Of a stretch of DNA of 64,000 bases, positions 27,311-43,640 are shown piece after piece. The DNA comes from the human T2T-CHM13v2.0 reference genome, Homo sapiens. How positions within the stretch are numbered: position 1 is the first letter of the stretch; every line of letters begins with the position of its first letter. The stretch is taken from the NCBI RefSeq assembly GCF_009914755.1, contig NC_060945.1; one strand, 5' to 3'. The notes under the pieces are model-generated. The model searched no databases. It was given only the letters and a program-made list of their open reading frames with translations, and had not been told where the DNA came from. A program made the translations under genes and the position numbers.

Positions 27311-27993
27311 GAGATGCAGATATACCAGAGACTATTTATAGAGAATCATCTTCCAATGAGATTTCCAATCAGTGTTGAACATGCTTCCTTGTTTCCTGTT
27401 GTTGCTTATAGTAGTGTCAGAGGAGGGAGATAAAACAAAGGAAGGACTGGTAAACAAAATATTAACACTTGATGGTTTTGAACATTTCTAGTGTTTTCAT
27501 TTCACAAAGGATGATAACTTTCTGAGGAAAGATAAAGTTACACATACTCCTAGGAAAACACAGACCAAAGATAAAGCTGAAGATGTGACTAAAACATCTT
27601 TGGTGGAGACCTCAGAAAAATCAAGGTTGTATATCAGACAAAAGGCCTTCTAAAGAGATAAAATGTGTGCCTCATATTTCCTTACAGTCAAACAGTAGAG
27701 CTTTTAAGAACCATAAGGTCACTGTCCCTCAGCCTTCCCAGATGAAATGCAAAGTAAAGAAGGTCTCATCCCCAAGAGATCATGAACATGGATTTTATCT
27801 AATGGTACAGATCTTAATAAGATTTACACACTTTTTAAAGGAATTCCAGATTGAGATATGATACCGTATTGAACTGAAAAGGACAAAGATAACACAACAT
27901 GAAAAGAGGGCTTTTGTCCCACAAAATTCTATCAGCAGCAAGTGAGTGAAAAGCAGCCCATGATACCTTTCATTAAAAAGGAAGGAGGACTCT

Positions 27994-28450
<457 letters not shown>

Positions 28451-30617
28451 CTATGCCAATCACATCATTATACATTGGGTGCATTAAGAGCAGACAACTG
28501 GTCACGTTAGTTTCAGAGATGAAGAAAAACTGTATTCATGGGGTTGTACTTAAGAAATCATACCCAAGGAGCCTCATTCACTTCTGTACTGAGTGTAGAT
28601 ATAGATCCGGACTTGAGCTGATGCTCTAATGGGATAAGACATTAGGAGGCCCTTTATGAGGAGGTAATTGTATTTCATTTATGGGAGAAACATATAATTG
28701 AAAGCAGGAAGGACCGGAATAAGAAGCCTCCAATATAGCCTCCAAAGTTTCCTTTCAAGGCATTCACATCTTTAAAGAGTCCCCTCTCATATTTTACCAG
28801 GGTTTGTCAATGTGCTAAATAGCACGTGGCAGAATATTGCTCGTCTTCTCTCTCTCTCTTCCTCTCTCTGTAGTTTTCTATCTCTCATTACTCTTTCTAG
28901 TAGAAATGAGCTGTCATTTTTGGAGCAGCTGTATGAATAGGATCATATGCTGGTGAGTAACTAACATTTTCAGGCACAGCTTGTGAAACTGTGGCCTGCC
29001 AGCCCTCAGGTGGGTGATCATGGAAGCAGATTCTGAAGCTGCAGTTAGATCTTGAGATCCTTGCTGCTCCAGAGGAGAGCTGAGATCTTTTTACAAGCGC
29101 TGAGCTAAAACCAGACAGCTCAGCTGCTGCTAGATTCCTTCAGAAATTGGGTGAGATAATAGTTTCATGGCAATTTCCTAAGCAGTAATATAATACTTAC
29201 CCAGTTTTGTTTTTGTTTTTTTTCAAATTAGCTTACTTTGAAACAACGACTATCACTTTAAGATATAGGTAATCTCAGTCTTATAGAAAAGGTAAAATTC
29301 AATATCTTTTTAAATGATAATATTAAATATGATAAATATGTTAAATGAATAAAATTTAGGGCAAAACTCAATCCAATGTGCAGCATATTTTTAAAAAGAT
29401 AATGTGTAAAATTCACTCTAAATAGCTGTGAATGCCTTCTGCTTATACTTTTTATTTGCAAGCATTTATTTTGTACTGCTGATTTTGTTCTTCAACTGTG
29501 AATTAAAAAGTAAATAAACAGTAAACTGCTGACTACATGAAACATTACAAATATGACGTCTTTCTGCCCTTGCCTCAAAAAGCGGTAAAATATACCTAGT
29601 TTTCTGAACATATTTTCTATTCCTAGTTTGAATTTTAAAGAAAAAGATAAATTTACATGAAATAACAAATCATAATAAAAATTAATAGTTTTAATTAATT
29701 GGAAAATGCAGTCTGGAACATAAAAATAGAATGACTATTTTATTATAATTTATCATACAGTTATACTACAAAGAAAAAGCAACAGCGTTAATTTTAAAAA
29801 GGCACTTTTTCTCTGTGATAATTTATTTGAGTATCCTTATTCTTGAGTATAACTTTTTAAATGTGCAATTTACAAAGCTCTGCAAAATGCCTCATTTATA
29901 CAGGCTCATGCAAAGCTCTGGATAATTGTTAAGCAAGATTCTTCTATTTTCATTACCAGATATCAATTCCTTTGTCTATTTGATGCCATAGTTTCATTAA
30001 AGCTGTTTTTACTGCATCTTAAATTCACTACAATGCAATTCAGTTGTCTCATTTAAGATAGAAAAAGTATGATCTGGAAATACTTAAGTGACTTACTGGA
30101 GCAAAATGCTATTTACTGTCAGAAGAAAAATTTGAATTGTCATTACTTAAGTTTAAAACTTTTGCTTTTAAAAGTTATTCAGTAACTTAGCCACTTCTTT
30201 ACACATATCCATACTTTTTTAGATATCCTATTTCAATAATTCTTGATTGCTCTAAAATATTGTCATTGCTTTGTAGTTTCTTGTATCTTAAACAATAATA
30301 CTAATACACTTTATAATTGACACATGTAAAAAATACGAATCAGAAAGCAATTAAAAAGAATGGAATCATTAAGTCTCCATCATTTAAAATTATGTTTTCT
30401 GTGTTTTTCATTTTTAAGTTTCTTTATTAATGTGGAAAAGCTTTGATTTCTTCTTTTGTTTATATTTCAAAAGATTTTTTTTGCAAAGTAAAATATCGAT
30501 ATGTATTCTGATTTTACATGTGCTATAGTTTCTATATTTAATAATTAAATAATGAGGAATATGTTACAATTCTAATGTTTTCACCATATTCTTACTAAAT
30601 ATCTTCCACCTGTATAT

Positions 30618-30929
<312 letters not shown>

Positions 30930-31249
30930 CACCTGTATATTTTTAATTACATGTAACTTAATTGCCTGAAATAACGGTTGTATCTTATTGTACATCCTTA
31001 TATACAATCAGGTTCTTATTTTTCTTAGTCTCTTACTTTCTTGCCGATGCCTGCTCCAAATATAAGTTTTAAAAATACATGTGATGTCTTAAAAATAATT
31101 TTATTTTGGCAATACCAAGACCTACTCCAAGTCTTTGTTGTTGTCCTAGGTGTTTTTTTTTTTTTTTTTGTATAAGTTTCTCTATTTACTTTTTCCATTT
31201 TATTTTTGAATTACCTTCAGGATTAAAATGAAACGATTTGAATAACTTT

Positions 31250-31714
31250 ATCACAGGCCATGAGAACTTAATGTGAGGCTCCTGTGGATCTGAATGGGCA
31301 CTCCTCCCACCCACCTAGTTTGCGGGTCCAGTATAGATAGAGACTGTAAGACAGATGTGTCCCTCCCTGCATCTCTCTGCTTGAGGGTGTGTTTTAGCCA
31401 CTAGAATGTAGTCAGATGTTCCTGCCTGCCGCATGTGCAGAGTTTTTAATGCCTAGGAGTGTCCTTAAAGGGATGCGGTTTTTGAGCTGGTAGATTAATA
31501 GCCCAGCTTCTTTTCTGTAAAGAGTATAATAGTGGTATCGAGTTCCAGTTTTTCGTGAAGACAACTTGCCAGTTATGAAACTCTATGGGTTTTCCTCCCT
31601 TCCTGCATCATTTTCAGACTCCCTGCATATTTCTTGGAATAACTTCTCAAATAAAAATCTTAAACACCAATTGTTGTGTCAGGTTCTACATTCGGAAGAT
31701 CTTAAACTAGGACA
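31250..31714 (+). mobile_element. ERVL LTR16-like LTR
   Basis: 3' end 'ttcctcccttcctgcatcattttcagactccct...cttctcaaataaa...tcaggttctacattcggaagatcttaaactaggaca'. Confidence 0.55.
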
Positions 31715-33924
31715 ACTAATATGCTTCAAACTTCCAATGATAATGTATAGACAAGAAGACAGCTCTGTCCTCTAGGCTGTGCTTTTAGTGCCAACTTTCT
31801 TAATAACATCACCTATTCTGCTGACACTCACTCTGGAGGAATAAAACTTTAGAGCCCCTGGCTAAACAGGATCTGAGAGGAAGGTAAAAGATCAAGGAGA
31901 CAGAATCATTATGTCGGCATGGCAATGCGGTAGCTTGGAAACCTTTAAATGTTTTAGCCTGGGAAAATGTATTTTGAATCATCAACTAATTTTGGAGTAT
32001 TTACTCAAATGTAGAGAATAAAATGTTTTCTATTTATATGAGGACATAGAAGGGAATTCACCAGAATTTCAGGATTTGTTTGAAAGTGAAGGGGATTTTT
32101 TTGTTAATTAGAACTGAGAGTTCAAAACAGCTCCTTTCCTGAGTGGTCTCTGAGAATCAAGTAGACCACAATTATCTGTTTTGGAAATTTTCTCTTGGGT
32201 AACTTGAAGAGTTCATCTAGAACACATCTTCCTTCAAATCTATAAAACATTGTAATTTTTAATGTGTGTATATTATCAACTATAGTAAATTTAAGAAATA
32301 TATTACCTTAATATCTGCAAATTAAATAGTGACTGACTCATGGTTCCAACTTTCTATCCAAAGCAACTTTCATGTGCATTTCATGAGTTCATCATTTTGC
32401 AGTAATATCATACTGTGTAAATTGAGATTAAAGTGTCTAAACTAAGCCAAGTACTTATATTTATGCAGCTTTAATGCTATCTGTGCTTTAAGATTGTCGT
32501 GAAAAGGCAACATGATTATCATTATGCCTGTCATACCTATTATTGTCATCATTATTAGTTTTAGCTCAGTAGTTCCACATTTATTTAGTTTCTTGCAATA
32601 TTTTGTTTCTTAAAGGCATACCATCTATGCTGTCAATCCTACATACAAATAGTGATTTTATGCCAATTTTAGCATTTAGCTGTATAAATCAATGTGTTCC
32701 TAGTGTCTTTTTTAAAAAAAAAATCTACCTTTCCTCAGCCCCCTGCCAAGAAGCCTCACTTGCATTGGAATGGAAGTAATAGCCCACATTTAATATTAAA
32801 AATGAAGCAACTTATATAGTTTTAAAAACTTATATTTGAGGAATAGAATAAATTAAAATCAAATGTATTTTAATTCAAATTCAAAGAATGATTTCTAGCA
32901 TTCAGCTTTAAAAAACCATTTATGAAAATATCTTTAATCTTGTAAAGAAATATTAATTATAGAATCACTGAACCCTTTGAAAGCTGATTTATTTTGCTTT
33001 CCTCTTTATAAGTTAGCTTTCAGAGAACTAATGATTTGAAAATATTAGAATAGTGTAGCATATAAGCTTTTTACCTTTAAAGACATTTAAAGTACTAATT
33101 CTATATTGACCAAATGTTTTCTAAATGTATAGGTCAAGAAAAACATTCAGATAATTTTATTATAAATGATGTGTTAAAGTGGCATTTTGAAAAGTTTACT
33201 ATTATGAAATGAGTATTGATAGATACTGTCATCTTTTAAGAATAGTCATGGATGAGATCATAAATGAATATGTCAAAGTAGTTATAGAATTCCAATAAAA
33301 ACTTCTTTTTCATTAGTTTACTAAATAATGGGAAGAGATTCAATACATGGAAAGTTTCTTATTTTTATGATTTAAATCAAGAATTTCTATAAATATGCAA
33401 ATACACAAATACTATGATTATTTCTTGAAAATCATTTTTCTTTGTTTTGTAGAATAGTTAAAATTCAAGCAAACACCAAATTCAAAATCAAACATTTAAA
33501 TTTTAATAATCTCTTATGGCATTCCATATTTAACTCTCAGAAATTACATCTTTCTACCATGATGAGTTGAAGAATATACTGAAGAAATTTATCTAGGCAG
33601 AATAAAATAATACTGTGTTGCTGGTACTTATTGGGTATCACTTACAAGTAATATATTAGAAATTCATTTTCCACAGACACAAAAGCAAATATACACAAAC
33701 ATGCAGAGATGCTTAAACTCAACAAGATTAAAACTAGAGTAAAACAAAACTTAAACCAAATGGAGCAATTCTTTACATGGTTAATGTGGGAAAAATAAAA
33801 ATACACTCCATATTTTACCTGAAATTTTTCCTACAATATCAATAATAATTATTACTTTTTTCTTTCTCAATATTTTAGTATTTTACACAAAACTAAAAAA
33901 CATACTAGCTAAATTAATGAATAA

Positions 33925-34299
<375 letters not shown>

Positions 34300-35045
34300 T
34301 GACCAGTTCTAACCATTGTTGACTTTATGGAGAGTGTAAAAATTTTGATTTAAAAAAAATGAGAGCAGTATTTGTCTAATTCAATTTATTTTCCACCCTT
34401 CGCTTTCCCCCTTTGGATAATGGGCTAGGCTGAAATTATGCTTGGAGTTGTTTCAGGAATCTTGAGGCAATGAGAGAAAAGTTAAAGAAACATAGAGATG
34501 TCAATGTGGATCTGAAGTATCACTGGGAAGCCAATCCAACCTAGTGTCTGCCAACCTAGTACTTTCTTGGAGTCACTTGTATGCCTAAATTTTACAAACA
34601 CTTTTACTGCTTAAAGCATTGTAATTAATACATAATGCTTACCTGAATGATACTTTAAAGACAATCATGAGTTATGTTTAAAAGCAAGAGTTATAAATTA
34701 TAACAAAGAAAACATAACAATTACAGTTACGGATTAAATAGGTATATTTTCATTTTTGACAAGAAGCAAAAGGATAAAATAAAGAAAAAGACTGCAATCA
34801 ATGAAAGTAAAAACAGAAAGATAATCATGGTTGTTTAAAGATTAACAAAATGGACAAATCTCTAGCCAGACTGATTAGGAGTAGAGAGAGACTGAACAAA
34901 CTGCCAATGTCAGTAATGAAAATGGGGTATCGCTACAGATCCTAGTGACATTAAAGAGATGATAATAAATACAATAAAAATTAATGTTAATAACTTTGAC
35001 AGCTTTGACAAAATGGGTACATACTTTGAATGATAAAAACTGTCA

Positions 35046-35366
<321 letters not shown>

Positions 35367-35594
35367 TCAGTCAAGAAGAAAAGATAATCTGTAAAGTTCT
35401 ATATATATGGGAAAAATTGGATTTTTAAGTTAAATATCTTACCACAAAAGTGAAACCTGAAACCCAAAAAGCATTAATGACAAACTGTACCAAATACTTA
35501 AGGAAATAAAGAGTACCAATTCTATATGGACATTTCCAGAAAACAGAAAAAGAGGCAAGAATTATAATCTGTTGTAAAACCAGGATTACTGTGA

Positions 35595-35945
<351 letters not shown>

Positions 35946-36027
35946 ATAAATGCATTTTTTTAAATTAAAAAAAACTAAATCCAGCAATATGTAAATATGG
36001 CAATGCATTTTCACCAAGTTACATATA

Positions 36028-37000
36028 TAAGAAGCAGCTACTATGCGTAAGGCTGAGATAAAACACCATGAAAGACCACCTCTTTACTCCTAGAGGTGAA
36101 ATCTGGACTTTTTTGGATAGGGCACTGCCATGGATCACTGGAAGGCATGGAGATCTCTTTGGCAACGCACTTCAGGAACTTGCTAGAAATCCACCCTCTC
36201 TGATGCTAGTGAAATTTGGTCATGGGATCAGGTCTCCTCAGAGGTTCTCAGCTGCAAAACCCCACAGCAGAGATATCACCTATCAGCAGGTGATAGGAGA
36301 TGGGTCCTTCTGGTCACCAAGCACTGCAAAACTCTAATGCAAGGGGAGCTGCATATGCTGCAAAAGCATGGTTCTGGAAATACCATCTGTGTTATAGAAC
36401 CTGGGCATTAGAGAAACTGCACATGCTAGGGTCTTGGTGCTAGAAACTCACTATTTTTGCCGCAGGACTCTAGCGTGAGAGAATCTGTACATTCTATATA
36501 GCTTGGTACTGGAAATGTCATCCATACTAAGGTACCCTGGCACAAGAGAAGATGTACATGCTCTAGAACGTTGGTTTTGGAAATGGAAACCTTGCTACTA
36601 CTGGAATTTAGTGCAGTAGAAACTGCATATGTTATAGAAACTTTTCCACAATAAAAGATGTAATTCAGGATCTTGGTGCAAGAGTTACTGTGTATGTTGC
36701 AGAAACCTGGTGCTGGAGAAATTGCCTATGTGCAGTTGCTGAGATCTGATGATCCATTATATATCGCAAGTGCTCAGTGGAAGAAATTAACTATACAATA
36801 GGAGATGGGTGCTGGCACACACTGGAACCTTCATGTCCTCATTCAATGTCCACCAGTGCTTTTTACTAACAAAGATTAACATCTTAACCACCTTAACAGC
36901 TGGCAAATAGAAAATATTTAAATTGCTGTGATACACTCTCACAGAGAAGAAATGAAAGATGAATATGAGATGGAAGGCAAAATATTGAAAACGGCAATAC
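36028..37000 (-). mobile_element. LTR78-like ERV1 LTR containing a degenerate ~34/68-bp internal array
   Basis: 'cacactggaacc...caatgtccaccagtgctttttactaacaaagattaacatc...cagctggcaaatagaaaatattta' matches my recall of LTR78. Confidence 0.55.
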
Positions 37001-38593
37001 TAGTAGAGAACAACTGCGACAGAACAAAATTAAAATTGCATTTATAAAAAATAAGAAATTTGTGGGAAAAATTTGCTTACAGTCTGAGCAAGTCTTTTAG
37101 CTATAAGTTTAAAGTATTTTTAGATCAACTGCAAAAGGCATAAATAAATTAAAAATACAGTGTTTTCGTGGATTGGGATAGAAATATGTTTAAGCTGTAA
37201 TTCTTTCCAAATTTACCTATGAACACAATACAATCACCCAAAATCATAATATGATTTTGTACAAGTTGTCAAGCTGGTTATTTACAAAAAAAAAAGTAAG
37301 TGGCTCAGCATAGCAAAATAATTTTGAAGTAAACATAACAAAATTGCAGGATTTACGTCATCTGAATGTATAATTTCTTATAAAGTTACAATTAAGGTAG
37401 TGCAGTGCTGGTAAAGAATGGACAAATTGGTCTTTGGAGCAGAAAAGACAGTGCAGAATTAATAATAAACAAACATACAGATAAATAAAATTCTGATATT
37501 AGATTTCACTGAAATTATTATTTTAAATACTGCTAAGAAAAGTAATGACAAGCCACAGACTAGAAGAAAATAATTGCAATACATGTATCTTATGGAGAAC
37601 TTTTATTTAGAATATAAAAAGAGTTCTTAAAACTCAATAATAAGAAGGCACAAGACACTAGTAAAAGGCAAAAAAAATGAATCTTTAAAAATCAATTGGC
37701 AGTTTAATGGGAACAACATTGAATCTGTAAATTACTTTGGGCAGTGTGGCCATTTTCACGATACTGATTCTTCCTATTCATGAGCATGGAAAGTTTTTCC
37801 GTTTAGTTTGTGTCCTCTCTGATTTCCTTGAGCAGTGGTTTTTAGTTCTTGAAGAGGTCCTTTACTTCCCTTGTTAACTGTATTCCCAGGTATTTTATTC
37901 TCTTTGTAGCAATTGTGAACGGAAGTTCATCAATGATTTGGCTCTCTGCTTGTCTGTTGTTGGTGTGTAGGAATGCTTGTGATTTTTGCACATTGATTTT
38001 GTATCCTGAGACTTTGCTAAAGATGCTTGTCAGCTTAAGAAGCTTTTGAGCTGAGATGATGGGGTTTCCTAGATATAGGATCATGTCATCTGCAGACAAA
38101 GACAATTTGACTTTCTCTCTTTCTATTTAAATATCCTTTATTTCCTTCTCTTGTCTGATTGCCCTGGATGGAACTTCCAATACTATGTTGAATAGGATTG
38201 GTGAGAGTGGGCATTCTTGTCTTGTGCCAGTTTTCAAGGGGACTGTGTCCAATTTTTGCCCATTCAGTCTGATATTGGCTGTGGGTTTGTTATTATTTTA
38301 AGGTATGTTCCTTTTCAATACCTAGTTTATTGAGAGTTTTTAATATGAAACAATGTTGAATCTTATTGAAGGTCTTTTCTCCATCTATTGAGATGATCAT
38401 TTGGTTTTTGTCTAGTTCTGTTTATGTGACGAATTACGTTTATTGATTTGTGTACGTTGAATCAGCCTTGCATCTTGGGAATGAAGCTGACTTGATCATG
38501 GTGGATAAGTTTTTGATGTGCTGCTGGATTCAACTTGCCAGTATTTTATTGAGGATTTTTACATCTATGTTCATCAGGTATATTGACCTGAAG

Positions 38594-38611
38594 TTTTCTT
38601 TTTTCTTTCCT

Positions 38612-38671
<60 letters not shown>

Positions 38672-38682
38672 TTTTTTTTTTT
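38594..38682 (+). repeat. (TTTC)n microsatellite expanded inside the L1
   Basis: Long tttc run followed by poly-T. Confidence 0.95.
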
Positions 38683-40116
38683 GTATCTCTGCCAGGTTTT
38701 GGTATCAGGAAGATATAGAACCAAAAAAGAGCCTATGTAACCAAGACAATCGTAAGCAAAAAGAACAAAGCTGGAGGCATTAGGCTACCCAACTTCAAAC
38801 TATACTACAAGGCTACAGTAACCAAAACAGTATGGCACTGGTACAAAAACAGACACATAGACCAATGGAGCAGAATAGAGAACTCAGAAATAAGACCACA
38901 CATCTACAACCATCTGCTCTTCAACAAACCTGACAAAAACAAGCAGTGGGGAAAGTGTTCCCTGTTTAATAAATGGTGCTGGGAGAACTGGCTAGCCATA
39001 GGCAGAAAATTAAAACTGGACCCCTTCCTTACATCTTATACAAAAATTAACTCAAGATACATTAAAGACTTAAATGTAAAACTCAAAACTATAAAAACCC
39101 TAGAGGAAAATTTAGGCAATACCATTCAAGACATAGGCATGAGCCAAGACTTCATGAAAAAGACATCAAAAGCAATTGCAACAAAAGCAAAAATTGACAA
39201 ATGGGGTCTAATTAAACTAAAGAGCTTCTGTACAGCAAAATAAATTGTCATCAGAACAAACAGACAACCTACAGTATGAGAGAAAGTTTTGGCAATCTAT
39301 CCATCTGACGAAAGTTTAATATCCAGAGACTACAAGGAACATAAATAAATTTGCAAGAATAAAACAAATAACCCCATTAAAAGTGGGTGAAGGACATGAA
39401 CAGACATTTTTCCTAAGAAGACATTTATGTGGCCAACAAACATGATAAAAAGCTCGACATCACTGATCGCTAGAGAAATACAAATCAAAACCACAATGAG
39501 ATATCATCTCATGCCAGTCAGAATGGTTATTATTAAAAAGTCAAGAAACAACAGATGGTAGTGAGGTTGTGGAGAAACAGGAACACTTTTACACTGTTGG
39601 TGGGAATGTAAAGTAGTTCAACCATTGTGGAAGACAGTGTGTGATTCCTCAAAGACCTAGAACCAGAAATACCATTTGATCCAGCAATCCAATTACTTAG
39701 TATATGCCCAAAAGACTATAAATCATACAACTATAAAGATACATGCACATATATGTTCATTGCATCACTATTCACAATAGGAAAGTCATGGAATCAACCC
39801 AAAAGCCTATTAATGATTGACTGGATAAAGAAAATATGGTACATATACACCATATAATACTATGCAGCCATAAAAACGAAAAAGATCATGTTCTTTGCAG
39901 AGACATGGGTAAAGCTGGAAGCCATTGTCCTCAGCAAACTAACACAGGAACAGAAAACCAGACACCACATATTCTTACTTATAAGTGGGAGCTGTACAAT
40001 AAGAACATACAGACACAGGGAGTGGAACAACATACATTGGGGCCTGTCACTTGGGTTAGGGGAAGAGAGAGCATCAGAAAAAATAGCTAATACATGCTGG
40101 GCTTAATACCTAGATG

Positions 40117-40402
40117 GGCCGGGCACGGTGGCTCACGCCTGTTATCCCAACACTTTGGGAGGCTGAGGCGGGAGGAGCACGAGGTCAGGAGATCAAGACC
40201 ATCCTGGCTAACACGGTGAAACCCCGTCCAAAAAATTAGCCAGGCGTGGTGGGTGCCTGTAGTCCCAGCTACTCAGGAGGCTGAGGCAAGAGAATGGCGT
40301 GAACCCAGAAGGCGGAGTTTGCAGTGAGCCGAGATCGCGCCACTCCACTCCAGCCTGAGCGACAGAGCGAGACTCTGTCTCAAAAAAAAAAAACAAAAAA
40401 AA
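40117..40402 (+). mobile_element. AluY inserted in the L1PA 3' UTR, with a deletion in the middle linker
   Basis: TSD acctagatg at 40108-40116 and 40403-40411; linker reads 'aaccccgtccaaaaaattagcc'. Confidence 0.95.
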
Positions 40403-40567
40403 ACCTAGATGATCAGTTGATAGGTGCAGCCAATCACCATGGCACACATTCACCTATGTAAAAAACCTACACATCTTGTACATGTATCCTGGAACTTAAA
40501 ATAAAATAAAATAAAAATAAAATTAATAAATTAAATTATTATTAATTAAATTATTAAATCAATTGGG

Positions 40568-40837
40568 ACTTGGAGGCAAAGACGGGAGGATTGTTTTCAG
40601 GAGTTTGAAACCAGCCTGGGGAACATGGCAGGACCTCGTTTCTACAAAACACAAAATGGTAGCTGTGTGTGGTGATGCATGCCTGTCGTCCCAACTACTT
40701 TGAAGGCTGAGGTGGGAGGATTGCTTGAGCTTAGAGGATTAAGACTGCAGTAAGCAATGATTGCACCACTGTACTCCAGCCTGACAACAAAGCAAGACTC
40801 TGTCTCAAAAATAAAGAAATACATAAAATAAAATAAA
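40568..40837 (+). mobile_element. AluJ, 5'-truncated
   Basis: 'gaggtgggaggattgcttgagc...gactgcagtaagcaatgattgcaccactgtactccagcctg'. Confidence 0.9.
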
Positions 40838-42329
40838 GTTGTAATATAGTAATACAATTAAATCCTACTCTACGATAAAAAGAAGAAATAACTGTTGCAC
40901 TTAACAGTATGGATTAATTTTAGTAGCATATGTTGAATGAAATAAGCCAAACATTATTTATATGAAATTTGAAAAGACCAAAACTAGACCAAAGAACCCC
41001 TTACATTGGAGACCAAAGAACAAAAAGCAAAGGAGTTATTGCTTGGGCCTAGGATGGAGGGACTGACTTTATTTGGCAGGTGGAAACCTTTCGAGATAAC
41101 ATTACTTGGGTGCTAATATTGAATCATACACTTAAATGATGTGTAGCTATAAAGATTATTAACAACAAAAAAAAACACTTCCTCTGTCTTATGATGAAGA
41201 TTCCTTTACTTCTCAAAATGCCCTTCATGCATTGCTCAGTCAATCATCAACGTAGAGTGCCCTTTGTTTATCCTCTGTCAGGGAAGGAGCTTTGTACTGT
41301 TAGATATATTTTAATTCCTTTAAAATTAGAGCTGTGTTTTTCTCAGTTAGGGTTTACTATAAGGTCTTAACTAGCAAATATGAACATTAGTTATTCCAGG
41401 AGAAAACAACAAAGATAAAAAAGAAACAATCTAAAGAATTTAGATATAAAATTTTAATTTTTCATTAATAGTAGCAAAATAAAAGAAACCCTAAGTAGAA
41501 TTCAGTACACTACATGATAAAAAGGTAGACCTTATTTAATGAAAATTAAAGTGTCAATGTTTAAAATTACTTTTGTTCAATTTCATTTTTCTTAATAATA
41601 AAATGTAGACCTTGGATAGAACCATTATGGTGTGCTCTTCACATATGAGAAAATCAATATGCCTTCAAACAAGAGCACATCTAAACTATTTTCTATTAAT
41701 AATTTTTTACATTTTCATTAGAGAGTTCCAGTAAAAACCCGAGTTTATAATTATCATTTTGCTTGTCATCATCTATCTTTGAATAATACTATTTAGTTTG
41801 AAAGGTTAATTGGCTATGAGCCATCTATGATATAATGAATAATTTCAATCACCTGACTTGTATGCTACACTTAGTTTTCTGAAATATATTATCTTTCACT
41901 TCTGTCAGTTTGCATAGTTCTAATTCTTTAATAATCCACTGACCAGAAACAGATATGTTAACTTTAAAACACATGGCCCTAACACTGTTTTAAAAATATG
42001 TTCATACATTGATAAGTCAAGCTTTCTATAATATGTTGAAATATTTAAATACATATCTTAGTCAGACACTTTTGTGTTTGTTATAATTCTTAAAAGAATA
42101 AAATGTTTTTATACTTTATTGAGGAGGTAAATGCTAAGTATCTGAGACATTCAATTATTTATAAGAACTCATTCTCAGAGACACAAAAATGCTATCAAGC
42201 TTAAATTTCTGGAACTAGTAAATGTTTCTATGCTTTATGAAAATTTTATGGATTAATGACTGGAGAGAATGCTAAGATCCTCATGAAATTGTAGAACTGG
42301 GAAGGAGGACTAGTGCTATTATAGAAATT

Positions 42330-43640
42330 CTCTAAGTAAAATAATTTGTTCCTTGAGTTGACAGGAAGTTTAGTGGGAAAAAGTGGAAAGAGTTAAAGTA
42401 GGCCCAATCAAATACGAAAATTTAATGCATGAAAAGGTAGTGCTATTTATTGATATCTTAATAAACAGCATTGACACAAAAGGATAGCCATTAGCAGTAC
42501 AATAAAATTAGATCCATAACACATTCCAAACACAAGAGTGAATGTCAAAATGATCAGCCATATAAACATAAAAAAATGAAATAATAAAATACTGGAAAAT
42601 ACTTAAGTGAATTCCTTCATACTCTGGGTATAATAATATTAAACTATGCTTCAAAAACTGGGTGCAGAAAAGATAAATTTGATTAATTCAGTAATATTGC
42701 CAAAAACTTTTACATGCAAAATAACAAAATCCTAAGTAACTTCAAGAGTAAAATGAGAAACTGAAAAAAAGTATATCATAAAGGATTTATGCCATTAAAT
42801 AACATTGTTATTTAATCACCTCCCACCCAGTAGCAGAATTAGTAGATTTTATGATAGTTTTATTTTTAATTTTTTGAGGATTGCATTTCTAAGTAGCTTT
42901 TAAAAATTACTGGAAAAACGGAATGAAAATCCAGGAGAAAAAATATGCAAAAGGTATGAACAGATAATATTAAAGTAATATAAACATTGCCTTACACATG
43001 TGCAAGACGTCCAGTTTCATGCAATAAGAGATTTACAAGTTAAACCTAGATTGAAACATTTTTCTCACCTATTAAAATTACAAAAATTCAAAATTTTGAT
43101 AGAATACTGTGCTGGTAAAACCATGCCAAATAGCCACTCATATATGGCCAAAGGGAAGGAGGAATGGTAGAATTTCTATGGCTGGAAATATGGCACTAAG
43201 CAGAGAAACTGATGCAGTAAGCCCACTACTAAGAAATTCCTTGAAATTACACACCTAAAACAATATGAAAATAATCACAGTTATTAATTGTAGCATCAAC
43301 TATAAGGTCACACTATTGGAAGTAATCTTAATGCTCACACATAAAAATAGCTAAATAAACTAAGGTATAGCCACACAATTTTTTACAATGCAGAGATTTA
43401 AAAAAAGGAAAAATGTCTCTATCAACTGCTAAGGAATGATAGCAAGGATATATATTGTTAAGTAACAAAGAGGAAAGTGTAAAGTAGTGTAAATAGTGTG
43501 TTGCCATTTATAGTAAATACCTTGGCAAAAATAAGCAAAGAAATGATAAAGCAAATGTTATAAATCTGGTTACCTAAAGAGAATGATTGATAAATGTAAG
43601 AAATAATGGGAAAGGGTTTTTAATTTTGAAATTATGTTAC
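42330..43640 (+). mobile_element. Ancient L1MC/ME-type ORF2-3' UTR fragments
   Basis: 'aaaaaatatgcaaaaggtatgaacagataat...tttttctcacctatt...gatgcagtaagcccactactaagaaatt'. Confidence 0.5.

Larger units (their letters stand above)
37700..40555 (+). mobile_element. 5'-truncated, 5'-inverted L1PA (roughly L1PA8-13): inverted part 37700-~38711, sense part ~38714-40555
   Basis: TSD aaatcaattgg at 37689-37699 and 40556-40566; minus-strand ORF2 peptide ([11 protein letters not shown]...[10 protein letters not shown]) in the inverted part; L1PA 3' UTR and A-rich tail. Confidence 0.92.

Noticed and set aside
36068-36337. 89-aa ATG-initiated ORF with normal-looking composition
   Set aside because: Lies within the LTR78-like element; no recognisable domain or splice context.
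36345-36735. CRISPR-like repeat/spacer alternation with ~68-bp period
   Set aside because: Repeats are highly degenerate, the 'spacers' resemble each other and the repeats, no cas genes are present, and it lies in a mammalian LTR.
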